NCBI GenBank assembly: GCA_963666835.2
Contig: CAXXGO010000001.1
Span: 736,001-800,000, forward strand
DNA length: 64,000 nucleotides
Origin: Phycisphaerae bacterium
GTDB lineage: Bacteria > Planctomycetota > Phycisphaerae > UBA1845
Direction: 5' to 3'
Shown: positions 29,973 to 40,126 of the stretch, piece after piece
How the letters are laid out: each line of letters opens with the position of its first letter
How positions within the stretch are numbered: the stretch's first letter is position 1
The notes under the pieces: model-generated
The model's input: only the letters and a program-made list of their open reading frames with translations
Databases searched by the model: none
What the model was told of the DNA's origin: nothing
Position numbers and translations under genes: made by a program

Positions 29973-31001
29973 TTATTCCCGTCCCTTGATGGCCTTTATC
30001 ATGGTCGGGATCACTTTGCGCAGATCTCCGACGATTCCGTAATGGGCAACAGAGAAAATCGGTGCGTTCGGGTCCGAGTTAATCGCGATGATCTTGGCGG
30101 ATTCCTCCATCCCTGCCCGATGCTGGACCGCTCCACTGATGCCGCATGCGATATACAACGCCGGACGGACCGTAGTCCCGGTCTGTCCCACTTGATGTTC
30201 CTTGCCGATGAGACCGCCGTCGACCGCGGCACGCGACGCGCCCACGGCCCCGCCTATGGCGCCGGCCAAGTCATGGATGTACTTGAAGTCGTCTTTGCTG
30301 CCGACTCCGCCGCCGCCGGCAACGATCGTTCGCGCCGCTTTGAGGTTGACCAAACGCTTTTCGCGGTGACGTTCGATCAACCGCACGGCCAACTCCAGGT
30401 CATCGAACTCCATCTGTTCTTCGATCACTTCCCCGCGGCGCTTTGGGTTGCCTTCGGCCAGGCGCATGACGCCTTCGCGCACCGTGGCCATCTGAGGCCA
30501 GCGATCGAAGTTGATGATTGTCGCGATGATATTGCCGCCGAACGCCGGACGGATCTGCAGGAGTAGATTCCGATGGGTTTCCTTCGTCTTGGGCTCGACA
30601 TAGTCGCCGATGTCCAGGCCCGTGCAATCCGCCGTCAGCCCGGCGCGCATTTCGGAAGCCACCCGCGGAGCCAAGTCCCGTCCGAGCGGTGTTGCTCCGA
30701 AAAGCACGATCTGCGGTCGGTGTTTGGTAACCAGCCGGCACATCACCCGCGCGTACGGCAAGGTGCGGTAATGCTCCAACTCGGGATGACCCACGTGATA
30801 GACCCGGTCGGTCCCCTGGGCGATGAGCTGGTCGGCGAGGTTGCGGGCGTTCGACCCGGCCAGCACGGCGCCGGTCGACACCCCCAACTGATCCGCGAGT
30901 TCTCTGGCCTTGCCACAGAGCTCCAGCGCCACGTCGTTGAGACTGCCGTCTTCCTGCTCGGCGAAGACCCAGACTTCGCCATCTCGATTCGGTTCGATCA
31001 T
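29973..31001 (-). CDS. etfA: Electron transfer flavoprotein alpha subunit
   Basis: GLTADCT, RPAFGGN, GASRAAVD, QVGQTG, GISGAVQH. Confidence 0.95.
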   Translation of the reverse strand: MIEPNRDGEVWVFAEQEDGSLNDVALELCGKARELADQLGVSTGAVLAGSNARNLADQLIAQGTDRVYHVGHPELEHYRTLPYARVMCRLVTKHRPQIVLFGATPLGRDLAPRVASEMRAGLTADCTGLDIGDYVEPKTKETHRNLLLQIRPAFGGNIIATIINFDRWPQMATVREGVMRLAEGNPKRRGEVIEEQMEFDDLELAVRLIERHREKRLVNLKAARTIVAGGGGVGSKDDFKYIHDLAGAIGGAVGASRAAVDGGLIGKEHQVGQTGTTVRPALYIACGISGAVQHRAGMEESAKIIAINSDPNAPIFSVAHYGIVGDLRKVIPTMIKAIKGRE

Positions 31002-31082
31002 GGTCAAGCTTTCAGAGTTTTGCGTCCGGCGATCGGCCTGCTCTGTCGCGACTCAAGCCCCGGTCGGGCGGACGCCGGCGGA

Positions 31083-32003
31083 TTATCCCAGCGTATGGTC
31101 GACGATAAGCTCGTGAACCAGTCCCCGAATGCCTTCCTCGGTGGGAGGAACTTCCGTGTAGCCTTCTTTCGTCAGGACGATCGACTGAATGCGGTGGACC
31201 TTCGTCGGTGAGCCGGAAATTCCACACCATTGCAGATCCGCGTCGAGGTCGTCCAGATTCCACTGCTCGGTCAGCAAGCCCTTCATCCGAAGATGTTCGA
31301 GCCGCTTGCCTAACTCTACCTCGCGCTGCTCGGCGGCGGCGTCAGGCATGGCCGAAGCTACCTCGCGGCTGACCTCCGCCTCTACCCGGGCGCGTTTGTA
31401 GCGCATGACGCGCTTGGCACTCGGGGGGCGAGGTTCGTTAGCCGTGTCCAGCGCCGTCACCAACAGCGGCAGTTGGGCCTCCAGCACTTCCCAGCCGTTG
31501 CCGACGTTGCGGCGGATGCGCACGGTGCGGTCGGTCAAGTCGACCACCTCTTCGAAGTACGTTACCTGAGGTAAGCCGAGCTTCTCGGCCATTTGCGGGC
31601 CGACTTGGGCGGTATCGCCGTCGATGGCCTGCCGGCCACAGAATACGAAATCGTAGTCTCCGAGCTTCCGAACCGCTTGGCTGAGGATGTAGCTGGTCGC
31701 CAGCGTATCGCTGCCCGCCGCCCGCCGGTCGCTCACCAGAATCGCCCGATCCGCCCCGCGGTACAGGCACTCCCGCAAGACTTCTGACGCCCCCATGGGC
31801 CCCATCGTCACGGCCGTGACCTCTCCGCCGTACTGGTCCCGGACCCGCAGGGCAGCCTCCAAGGCGTGGAGATCCTCTGGGTTGAAAACCGCGGGAAGGG
31901 CCTCGCGATTCACCGTCCCATCCGCCTTCATCGCCTCTCCGGTGATGTTAGCGGTATCCGGTACCTGTTTGACACAAACGATACAGTGATAGCCCAAAAC
32001 CAC
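31083..32003 (-). CDS. etfB: Electron transfer flavoprotein beta subunit
   Basis: VCVKQVPDT, NPED, TMGP, DTLAT, GRQAIDGDTAQVGP, GSPT. Confidence 0.95.
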   Translation of the reverse strand: MVLGYHCIVCVKQVPDTANITGEAMKADGTVNREALPAVFNPEDLHALEAALRVRDQYGGEVTAVTMGPMGASEVLRECLYRGADRAILVSDRRAAGSDTLATSYILSQAVRKLGDYDFVFCGRQAIDGDTAQVGPQMAEKLGLPQVTYFEEVVDLTDRTVRIRRNVGNGWEVLEAQLPLLVTALDTANEPRPPSAKRVMRYKRARVEAEVSREVASAMPDAAAEQREVELGKRLEHLRMKGLLTEQWNLDDLDADLQWCGISGSPTKVHRIQSIVLTKEGYTEVPPTEEGIRGLVHELIVDHTLG

Positions 32004-32317
32004 TCTCCATCGTTCGAGAAGCCACTATGTACGTTCGGCAGAGTCGGACCGTAGCCGACCGCGCCAGACCCGTCAAGTAGTCGGGGTAGTTCCGGTTCGG
32101 CGTCTTGGAGCGGGTTGTCCGGGTCCACGGTTTTGGTTCGGGGGAGCTTCCCGATTATGGGCTGTCGTTGCGGGTGGTTTGTTTGTGTGAAGCGGGTTGC
32201 TTTGGCACGCACCATGCAGGCTGAAAGTGGGGAATACAACGCGGCGGCGCGTCACCGCTTGACGAGAATGTTCCACGGACTAACGCCGTAATCGGCGCAT
32301 GTTGCGAGGTAGTTTCC

Positions 32318-33604
32318 ATGAGCACCAAGCCGTTCAATGCATTCGCGATGGCTCAAGCCCAGTTCGATAAGATCGCTGAGACCCTCGGGCTGGACCAAGG
32401 TACTATTGACCTGCTACGACATCCGATGCGTGAGTACCACTTCAGCCTGCCCGTGCGGATGGACGACGGGTCCACCAAGGTCTTTCGCGGGTTTCGCGTG
32501 CAGCACAACGACGCCCGGGGTCCGGCAAAGGGGGGCATTCGGTTCCACCCCCAGGAGACTGCCGATACGGTGCGTGCCCTATCGATGTGGATGACCTGGA
32601 AATGCGCGGTCGCGGACCTGCCTCTGGGTGGTGGCAAGGGCGGGGTGATCTGCGAGCCGCACAACCTGAGCATGAACGAGCAACAGAGTATTTGCAGAGC
32701 CTTTGTGCGGCAGATTTCTCGGGATTTGGGGCCCTTGCGCGATGTCCCGGCTCCTGACGTCATGACCTCCGGGCAGCACATGCTCTGGATGCTCGACGAG
32801 TACGAGCAGATTCACGGCGGGCACTTCCCCGGCGTCATTACCGGAAAACCCGTCGGCATGGGGGGGTCCCTCGGGCGGACCGAGGCCACCGGCTACGGCG
32901 TCGTGTTTACGGTCCGGGAGGCTTTGAAGGAGCTCAATGTTCGGCCGCAAGACACGACTGCGGCCGTGCAGGGATTCGGTAATGTCGCGCAATACGCGAT
33001 CGAACTATTCAACCAGATCGGGGGTACGGTTGTGGCCGTTTCCTGCTGGGACCAGGGGGACCAGAAACCCTATACGTTCCGGAAGAAAGGCGGTGTGGAT
33101 CTCGCCGAACTGCGCAAGATCACCGATCGTTTTGGAGGTATCGATAAGCAGAAAGCCGCGGAACTCGGCTATGAACAGTTGCCGGGTGAGGCGTGGATAG
33201 AACAGGATGTCGATATTCTGTTTCCCTGTGCGCTGGAGAACTCGATCACGGTGGACAACGTATCGAACATCTCCAAGCGCGTGAAATTGATCGCCGAGGG
33301 GGCCAACGGCCCGACAACGCCGGAAGCGGACCACATTCTTCACGAACGCGGCATCTTTGTCATCCCGGACTTCTTGGCAAATGCCGGTGGTGTCACATGC
33401 AGCTACCTGGAGCAGGTTCAGAGCAACATGAACTACTTCTGGGATAAGGACGAGGTGCTCGGCAAGCTCGATGTGATGATGACCTCGGCGTTTATCGGCG
33501 TAAGTAGCATGGCCCGCAAGCGCAAGCTGTACATGCGTGACGCGGCCTATACCATTGCTATCGCGCGTGTGGCGCAAGCATGCAAGGACCGAGGTTGGGT
33601 ATAG
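32318..33604 (+). CDS. gdhA: Glutamate dehydrogenase (Glu/Leu/Phe/Val dehydrogenase family)
   Basis: RGPAKGGIRFHP, GGGKGG, DVPAPD, GGSLGRTEATG, QGFGN, EGANGP. Confidence 0.92.
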   Translation: MSTKPFNAFAMAQAQFDKIAETLGLDQGTIDLLRHPMREYHFSLPVRMDDGSTKVFRGFRVQHNDARGPAKGGIRFHPQETADTVRALSMWMTWKCAVADLPLGGGKGGVICEPHNLSMNEQQSICRAFVRQISRDLGPLRDVPAPDVMTSGQHMLWMLDEYEQIHGGHFPGVITGKPVGMGGSLGRTEATGYGVVFTVREALKELNVRPQDTTAAVQGFGNVAQYAIELFNQIGGTVVAVSCWDQGDQKPYTFRKKGGVDLAELRKITDRFGGIDKQKAAELGYEQLPGEAWIEQDVDILFPCALENSITVDNVSNISKRVKLIAEGANGPTTPEADHILHERGIFVIPDFLANAGGVTCSYLEQVQSNMNYFWDKDEVLGKLDVMMTSAFIGVSSMARKRKLYMRDAAYTIAIARVAQACKDRGWV

Positions 33605-33636
33605 TCGCACAAGTACATTAGTTGGTGGACAGCTCG

Positions 33637-35382
33637 ATGAGCCGGACGCCGAATTCAGGCATGTACCCGCGCTTCGACCGCAGATTCTTCGGGGCGGACG
33701 AAGATTTCACCGTCATCGGCGGTGGTGGACTCGGGGGGAAGGCCCTGGGGCTTGCTTCGGCCAAACGTATCGTTGAAGAAGCGTGCCCGGCGGGCAGCTT
33801 CCCCGAAGTGCAGATTGGCATCCCTCGCCTGGCTGTATTGGGGACGGAAGTCTTCGAGCAGTTCATGGCGCAGAACGACCTGTACAAGGTCGCCTTGGCG
33901 GACTTGCCGGATGAACGGATTGTCCACGAGTTCATCAAAGCGGAGCTTCCACCGGTTTTCGTTGGCGATCTGCGGGCCTTGATCGCGCAGATTCACCGAC
34001 CGTTGGCCGTGCGCTCATCCAGCTTGTTGGAAGACGCCCTGCAGCATCCTTTCGCAGGTGTGTACGCCACCAAGATGATCCCGAACAACCAGGCCGCAGT
34101 TGGTGACCGATTCAAGAGGCTCGTTGAGGCCGTCAAGTTTGTCTGGGCTTCGACGTTCTTCCGTGACGCCCAAAGCTATATGCGCACGATCGATCATCCA
34201 ATCGAAGAAGAGCGGATGGCGGTGATTATTCAGGAAGTTGTGGGCGAGCGCTTCGGGGACCGATTTTATCCCATTGTCTCTGGGGTTATTCGCACGCACA
34301 ACTACTATCCAATCGCTCCCGCCCGGCCGGAGGACGGCGTGGTGAACCTCGCGCTGGGGTTGGGCAAGACAATCGTCGATGGTGGAGTGACCTGGACTTA
34401 CAGCCCGCGGTTTCCGAATCGTCGCCCTCCGTTTGGATCAACCGGCGAGCTGCTCAAGAACACGCAGACACAGTTCTGGGCGGTCAGTATGGAACAGGCC
34501 CCGTACGATCCGATCAACGAGGCCGAGCATCTTACACAATCGGGGCTCGATGCGGCGGAGTGGGACGACGTCTTGCGTTTCACGGCGTCGACCTACGACG
34601 CCGCTTCAGACCGGGTGACCCTTGGTACCGCGACGACGGGCCCGCGCATTCTCACGTTCGGGCGCATACTTGAACTGGGTGATGTCCCGCTCAACGATGT
34701 GGTGAAGCGACTGTCCAGCTACTGCAAGGACTCGTTGCAGGCCGACGTGGAGATTGAGTTCGCCTTGACATTGGATCGTCAAGACGGTCTACCGGCCCGG
34801 TTCGGGTTCTTGCAGGTGCGTCCAATGATGGTGGCGCAAGAGTCGGTGTACGTGGATGAAGCTGAGTTGAGAAGCGATCGCGCGCTGGTCGCCAGCGAAA
34901 TGGTGTTGGGCAATGGGCAGAGCCGTACGATTACGGATGTGGTGTATGTGAAGCCCGGGGTGTTCGAGGCGAAACACACTCCGGTTATTGCCGCAGAAGT
35001 GGACGTGTTGAATAGAGGACTCGTTTCTGAGCAGCGGCCGTACTTGCTCATCGGGTTCGGACGTTGGGGCAGCAGCGATCCGTGGCTGGGGATTCCCGCC
35101 ACGTGGCCGCAGATTTCCGGCGCGCGGGTAATCGTCGAGGCCACGCTGCCGGAGATGAACGTGGACGCCAGCCAAGGGTCGCACTTCTTCCACAACATGA
35201 TTAGCTTCCACGTGCAGTATTTTACGGTGCGGCACTCCGGGTCGTACGCGGTTGCCTGGGATTGGCTTGACCGCCGGCCGGCTTTGGGCGAGACTCGGTT
35301 CCTGCGGCACGTGCGGCTTGATGTGCCACTCGAAATCCGCGTGGACGGCCGCAATGGACGCGGTGTCATTCTCCACAACTGA
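33637..35382 (+). CDS. PPDK/PEP-synthase N-terminal (ATP-grasp) domain protein
   Basis: GGKA.GL, AVRSSSLLED, FAGVY, MAVIIQE, GLG, IEFA, LQVRP; C-terminal GRWGS...GSHFF; no TIM barrel. Confidence 0.85.
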   Translation: MSRTPNSGMYPRFDRRFFGADEDFTVIGGGGLGGKALGLASAKRIVEEACPAGSFPEVQIGIPRLAVLGTEVFEQFMAQNDLYKVALADLPDERIVHEFIKAELPPVFVGDLRALIAQIHRPLAVRSSSLLEDALQHPFAGVYATKMIPNNQAAVGDRFKRLVEAVKFVWASTFFRDAQSYMRTIDHPIEEERMAVIIQEVVGERFGDRFYPIVSGVIRTHNYYPIAPARPEDGVVNLALGLGKTIVDGGVTWTYSPRFPNRRPPFGSTGELLKNTQTQFWAVSMEQAPYDPINEAEHLTQSGLDAAEWDDVLRFTASTYDAASDRVTLGTATTGPRILTFGRILELGDVPLNDVVKRLSSYCKDSLQADVEIEFALTLDRQDGLPARFGFLQVRPMMVAQESVYVDEAELRSDRALVASEMVLGNGQSRTITDVVYVKPGVFEAKHTPVIAAEVDVLNRGLVSEQRPYLLIGFGRWGSSDPWLGIPATWPQISGARVIVEATLPEMNVDASQGSHFFHNMISFHVQYFTVRHSGSYAVAWDWLDRRPALGETRFLRHVRLDVPLEIRVDGRNGRGVILHN

Positions 35383-35407
35383 GTCTTGCTGCTCACGGGG
35401 ACTCCCT

Positions 35408-38400
35408 ATGACCGATCAAGATGGCCGGGTAGCTGATATTCTCCGATCACTGCAGGAGCGGGCTAAGGAACTTAACTGCCTCTATCGAGTGGAGGAAATC
35501 ACCGACACCGATCTACTGACGTTAGAGGAGGTGTTTGAAGGCGTTATCGACGCCATTCCTCCGGGCTGGCAGTATCCGGAAGTCTGTGTCGCCCGTATTT
35601 GCTACGACGGCAAGGTGTACGCCACCAGGGGTTATCGCGAGACGGAATGGTCTCAGGAAGCACCTATTCGTGTGTACGGGGAGGTGGTCGGCACCTTGGA
35701 TGTCGCTTATCTTCAGCAAATGCCCCCGGCCGACGAAGGCCCCTTCTTCAAGGAGGAACGTAAGCTCCTCGAGACGATCGCCGAACGCATTGGCAGTTGT
35801 GTGACACATCGCCGTCTCTTGGAAACCATGCAAGGCATGCGCGATTCCGAGAATGCCTCCCGGCGCAGGGGCCGGGAATGGGCGGCGATTCTCGATCTTC
35901 TGCACCATACGGATCAGGGCTTGCTGATGCGCGTGGCCCGCAAGATGATCAACCACCTGTGCTGGAGCGGAGTGAAGGACGCGGGTGAGATTCTGCAGGA
36001 GTTTCGCCCCCATGTTGAACCGCACGAGCCGGAGGTGTTTTTCGAGTCGAACCGGCCGCGCGATCGGGCGGCCGCCCCGTCGGCCACAGCGCTGGCGGAC
36101 CGAGTCTTCGAGCTGGCGGCGGCGCATCTCAGCGACGATGAGATAATCTCGTGCATCCATAACTGGATCAAGCAAGATCGAGCCAGCTTCCTCGTGAACA
36201 CGCTCGAGAACCACCACACGACGATTACCGAGGTCAGCGACGCCATCCAGCGTTACCGGCACGCCGGTCACGGCGAGGTCGAACTCTCGCCGTCGACGCG
36301 CAAAGGCCTTTTGGTGTCGCTCGTGCGGCGGTTTCTTTCCGATCAGCTCGAGTACATCAACGTTGCCAAGAACTATGTGGAAATCAAGGATTTTCACGAG
36401 TTGATCGGGCGGCTCATCTACCCGGCCCGGGAGCACGGAAAAACCGGCGGCAAGGGGGCCGGGCTCTTTCTCGCCTACCAGATCGTCCGGCGGCACCGCG
36501 AGGAGGACAAGCTCCTTGCGGATATCAAGACACCGAAGACCTGGTATCTGACGTCCGATGGGATGCACGATTTCGTGTACTGCAACCACCTTGAAGATGT
36601 ATTTTCCCAGAAGTACAAAGAGATCGATGAGATCCGCCAGGAATACGACGATGTCGTGCAGGTTTTCAAGAACTCGCAGTTCTCGGCGACCATTGTCAAG
36701 GGCCTGTCGCTGGCGTTGGATGACCTGGGCAACAAGCCGCTGATCGTCCGTAGCTCCAGCTTGCTGGAAGACCGCTTCGGGGCGTTGTTCTCGGGGAAGT
36801 ACAAGAGTCTGTTTCTGGCGAACCGGGGGACTAAGCAGGAACGCCTTGATTCCCTGATGGATGCCATTGCCGAAGTATACGCATCGACGTTCGGCCCGGA
36901 TCCGATTCAATACCGGGCCGAGCGAAACCTGCTTGACTTCCAGGAAGGAATGGGCGTGCTCATTCAGGAGGTCATCGGAACACAGATTGGAGATTACTTT
37001 CTTCCGGCGTATGCGGGTGTTGCCTTTAGCCACAACGAATTCCGCTGGTCACCGCGCATCCGACAGGAAGACGGGCTGGTGCGTCTCGTTCCCGGTTTGG
37101 GCACGCGCGCCGTGGACCGGGTCGGCGATGATTTTCCGATCCTCGTTTCGCCCGGTCAGCCCGGTTTACGGGCAAACTCGACGCCCGAAGAGGTCGTCCG
37201 GTATTCACCTCGCTACCTGGACGTCATCAACCTGGTTACCAACAAGTTCGAAACGGTTGACGTCGCTCAGTTTCTGCGCAACGTCGGCGACGAGTTTCCG
37301 GCCGTGGAGCAGTTGGTTTCGGTATTCTCCGACGGGAATCTGCGACAGCCTATGCCCGGCAGCGTCGATTTCGAGCAGGATGACCTGGTAGTCACATTTG
37401 AAGGGCTTCTGAGTCGAACACCGTTTGTCAAACAGATCGATGCCCTGCTGAGACTCCTCGAACGCGAGTGCGGTTACCCGGCGGATATAGAGTTTGCGTC
37501 AGACGGGAAAGACCTGTACTTGCTGCAGTGCCGCGCGCAGGCACCTGCGAAACATGCGAAGCCGGCGCCCATCCCGCAAGATGTCCCGCAATCCAGGATG
37601 ATCTTCTCGGCAAATCGCCATATCTCTAACGGAACCGTGCCGAACATCACGCACATAGTGTATGTCGATCCCGAGCAGTATGGCCGGCTCGGAAGCCGCG
37701 AGGAGCTGCTTGCTGTTGGACGGGCGGTCGGGAAGCTCAACAAGCTGCTCCCCAAGCGGCAGTTCATCCTGATGGGCCCCGGACGCTGGGGCAGTCGCGG
37801 TGATATTAAGCTCGGCGTGCCCGTGACATACTCGGACATCAACAACACGGCGATGTTGATCGAGATCGCCCGCAAGACCGGTGACTACACGCCCGATGTT
37901 TCATTCGGCACGCATTTCTTCCAGGATCTTGTCGAGGCCGATATCAGGTATCTTCCGCTCTATCCGGATGATGCCGACGTCGCCTTCAACGAGCCGTTTC
38001 TGACTCGCTCGTCGAACCTGTTGGCGGAGCTTGCCCCCAAGTTCGAGTCCCTCCGTGAAACGGTGCGGGTGATTGACGTTCCCCGAGCGGCGGATGACCA
38101 AGTGCTTCATGTGTTGATGAACGCCGAACTCGAGCAGGCGGTGGGCGTGCTCTCCGATCCGGCCGAGCGTTTGGACTACGACGATGACTCCGCGGAGGCA
38201 CCCGCGGCTCCGGACGAGCAGGATTGGCGCTGGCGCGCCCGCATGGCTGAAAGCGTTGCGGCGCACCTCGATCCCGCGCGGTTTGGCGTAGAGGCTTTGT
38301 ACGTGTTTGGCAGCACGAAGAACGCAACAGCCGGACCCGCCAGTGACATCGATCTGCTCGTACACTTCGTCGGAGATGAAGAACAGCGGCGCGATTTGGA

Positions 38401-38602
38401 TCGGTGGTTTGAAGGATGGAGCCTCTCACTTAGCGAAATCAACTATCTTAGAACGGGCTATCGTAACAGTGGTCTACTCGATGTGCATATTGTTACCGAT
38501 GAGGATCTCGCAAAACGTACGAGCTATGCAGTCAAGATCGGGGCGGTGACCGACGCCGCCCGCGAGCTGCCGCTCGGAACGGCGTGTTCTGCCGTGGGCT
38601 AA
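35408..38602 (+). CDS. GAF-like + PPDK N-terminal ATP-grasp + nucleotidyltransferase fusion protein (~1064 aa)
   Basis: ERAKELNCLY...PPGWQYPE sensor-like domain; GGKG, IVRSSSLLED, DIEFA, LQCR; GTHFF; C-terminal YVFGS...SDIDLLV. Confidence 0.85.
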   Translation: MTDQDGRVADILRSLQERAKELNCLYRVEEITDTDLLTLEEVFEGVIDAIPPGWQYPEVCVARICYDGKVYATRGYRETEWSQEAPIRVYGEVVGTLDVAYLQQMPPADEGPFFKEERKLLETIAERIGSCVTHRRLLETMQGMRDSENASRRRGREWAAILDLLHHTDQGLLMRVARKMINHLCWSGVKDAGEILQEFRPHVEPHEPEVFFESNRPRDRAAAPSATALADRVFELAAAHLSDDEIISCIHNWIKQDRASFLVNTLENHHTTITEVSDAIQRYRHAGHGEVELSPSTRKGLLVSLVRRFLSDQLEYINVAKNYVEIKDFHELIGRLIYPAREHGKTGGKGAGLFLAYQIVRRHREEDKLLADIKTPKTWYLTSDGMHDFVYCNHLEDVFSQKYKEIDEIRQEYDDVVQVFKNSQFSATIVKGLSLALDDLGNKPLIVRSSSLLEDRFGALFSGKYKSLFLANRGTKQERLDSLMDAIAEVYASTFGPDPIQYRAERNLLDFQEGMGVLIQEVIGTQIGDYFLPAYAGVAFSHNEFRWSPRIRQEDGLVRLVPGLGTRAVDRVGDDFPILVSPGQPGLRANSTPEEVVRYSPRYLDVINLVTNKFETVDVAQFLRNVGDEFPAVEQLVSVFSDGNLRQPMPGSVDFEQDDLVVTFEGLLSRTPFVKQIDALLRLLERECGYPADIEFASDGKDLYLLQCRAQAPAKHAKPAPIPQDVPQSRMIFSANRHISNGTVPNITHIVYVDPEQYGRLGSREELLAVGRAVGKLNKLLPKRQFILMGPGRWGSRGDIKLGVPVTYSDINNTAMLIEIARKTGDYTPDVSFGTHFFQDLVEADIRYLPLYPDDADVAFNEPFLTRSSNLLAELAPKFESLRETVRVIDVPRAADDQVLHVLMNAELEQAVGVLSDPAERLDYDDDSAEAPAAPDEQDWRWRARMAESVAAHLDPARFGVEALYVFGSTKNATAGPASDIDLLVHFVGDEEQRRDLDRWFEGWSLSLSEINYLRTGYRNSGLLDVHIVTDEDLAKRTSYAVKIGAVTDAARELPLGTACSAVG

Positions 38603-39462
38603 ACAAGCGTCCGCGTTGCCGTAGTGGGGTCCGCCGGGTCGAAGCGAATCAGAGCCAGTTCCGGACCGTCGTGAGCGGCGGAGAAGCAATGCGTTTGCCC
38701 GATACGTTGTGACCATGCCCCCGTAATCTGCGCCGATTCATGGATGTGTCCGTGCAACGTGACCAGCGGCTGCCTCCGTTCCACGAACCGTTTGACGGCA
38801 ACGCTTCCGACATGCACATCGAGCGGCGCGTGGTCTATCATCTTCCCGTCCAGCGCCGCGCGATCCAGGTCCGTCTGGTACGGGGGGGAGTGGAACAGGA
38901 AGATGGCTTCGTCGACGGCTCGGTCACCAACCAAGCCGGTCAGGTCATCGGCGATGGTTGCGTACCTGACTTGGTTATCGGGCACCGGAATCGAGCGATG
39001 TCCGTCCTCCGGCGATACACACCCGGGATCCACGTACCGCGAAACGTCGTATCGTTCCCAGTCCTTCAGCAAGAAGGGCGTCGGCGGTACATAGGCGTAC
39101 CCGTACACGTCGCGGCCCGAGAATGAGACTCGGCGGTCATGGATGTACTCCCAGATGCCGGTAGTCGCCGCCGCGATTACCGCCGCCTCTTCCGATCGGC
39201 TGTCGTCATTACCGAGAATCACGAAAACGCGGGGATAAGCCTCGCCGAGATCCTCCCGAAGCCGCGTGAGCCGGCGGGCGAGGAAGCCGTTCACGAAATC
39301 CTCGTGGCCGAAATCCAGTGACTCGGCCGCCGAGAGCCCGGAGGGCAGCAAGTCTCCTCCTGCAAAGACTGCCTTCGGCCTCTCGATACTGATCAGCTCG
39401 AGCAGTTTCTCGTACCGGTCCACCCGGCCGTGCAAATCTGAGACGAAGAAACAGGTCGACAT
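38599..39462 (-). CDS. Calcineurin-like metallophosphoesterase (Icc-related)
   Basis: SDLHG, GGDL, GNDD, HSPP, HGHIHE. Confidence 0.88.
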   Translation of the reverse strand: MSTCFFVSDLHGRVDRYEKLLELISIERPKAVFAGGDLLPSGLSAAESLDFGHEDFVNGFLARRLTRLREDLGEAYPRVFVILGNDDSRSEEAAVIAAATTGIWEYIHDRRVSFSGRDVYGYAYVPPTPFLLKDWERYDVSRYVDPGCVSPEDGHRSIPVPDNQVRYATIADDLTGLVGDRAVDEAIFLFHSPPYQTDLDRAALDGKMIDHAPLDVHVGSVAVKRFVERRQPLVTLHGHIHESAQITGAWSQRIGQTHCFSAAHDGPELALIRFDPADPTTATRTLV

Positions 39463-39689
39463 CAGACATCTCCCATCGGGCCTATCTTGGACCGGATGCC
39501 GGGCGGATTCAAGCGCTGTTCTGCGACCATCTCAGGCGGTCCTCGCGCGGTCTGGGTAAGGTCGACCGGGGCGTGGTGCCAGGTCGGTTGGGCAGGGTGA
39601 CCCGTCCTATTGCAGCTGGCCGGGTAGCCAGGTCCTTTTGTAACTGACGTATGTTCCGACTATTCGCGGATCGTTCAAGACCCAGCCCG

Positions 39690-39826
39690 GCCGGACGTGG
39701 GGGAGCCGATGATCGACCGGTGCCGGCAGGCAAGGTGGCCCACGTCCTTCTGCATTTGGAGCATTTGCCGCTCCCTCGCGGGTCGTTCAACATCCCGCCC
39801 GGCTGGACGTGGGGAAGCCGATGATC
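39690..39826. repeat. GTGG-type REP-like copies
   Basis: GGACGTGGGG(G)AGCCGATGATC twice and GGTGGCCCACGTCC, as at 6885-7011. Confidence 0.65.
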
Positions 39827-39923
39827 GGTGGTTGACAATCGCGGCAGGTTCCGCGTCTCGGCCGTCGGCGCCGTCCCGCGCATCTGCCACCTGCGTGTCA
39901 TCGGGTGATTCAGCCTACGTGTT

Positions 39924-40040
39924 CAGGCTGAAAGCCTGCAATATAGTAGCCGGGCGCAAGGCCGCGCAGCGGCCGCCGCCCCCGGGTGAGGTCCCAATAA
40001 CCCCAATCACCCTGACAGGGTGAGAGAGACGGTGTCGATG
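39924..40040 (-). repeat. Inverted copy of the 7152-7268 repeat
   Basis: Direct alignment by eye. Confidence 0.8.
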
Positions 40041-40126
40041 CGTCGAATGATGGTTAGAACAACGAGGGCGTGAGCCGCGGGATCGGATGACCGCACTCAA
40101 CTTCCCCTGTGAGGGCGGCGATGCAC

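Noticed and set aside
33622..38602. Annotation as canonical ppsA/ppdK
   Set aside because: The C-terminal PEP/pyruvate TIM barrel and the canonical TSHAA motif are absent
38223..38602. CBASS or MNT-HEPN defence/toxin system
   Set aside because: No HEPN, effector or CD-NTase-sized domain nearby; the NTase is a small fused domain in a metabolic context
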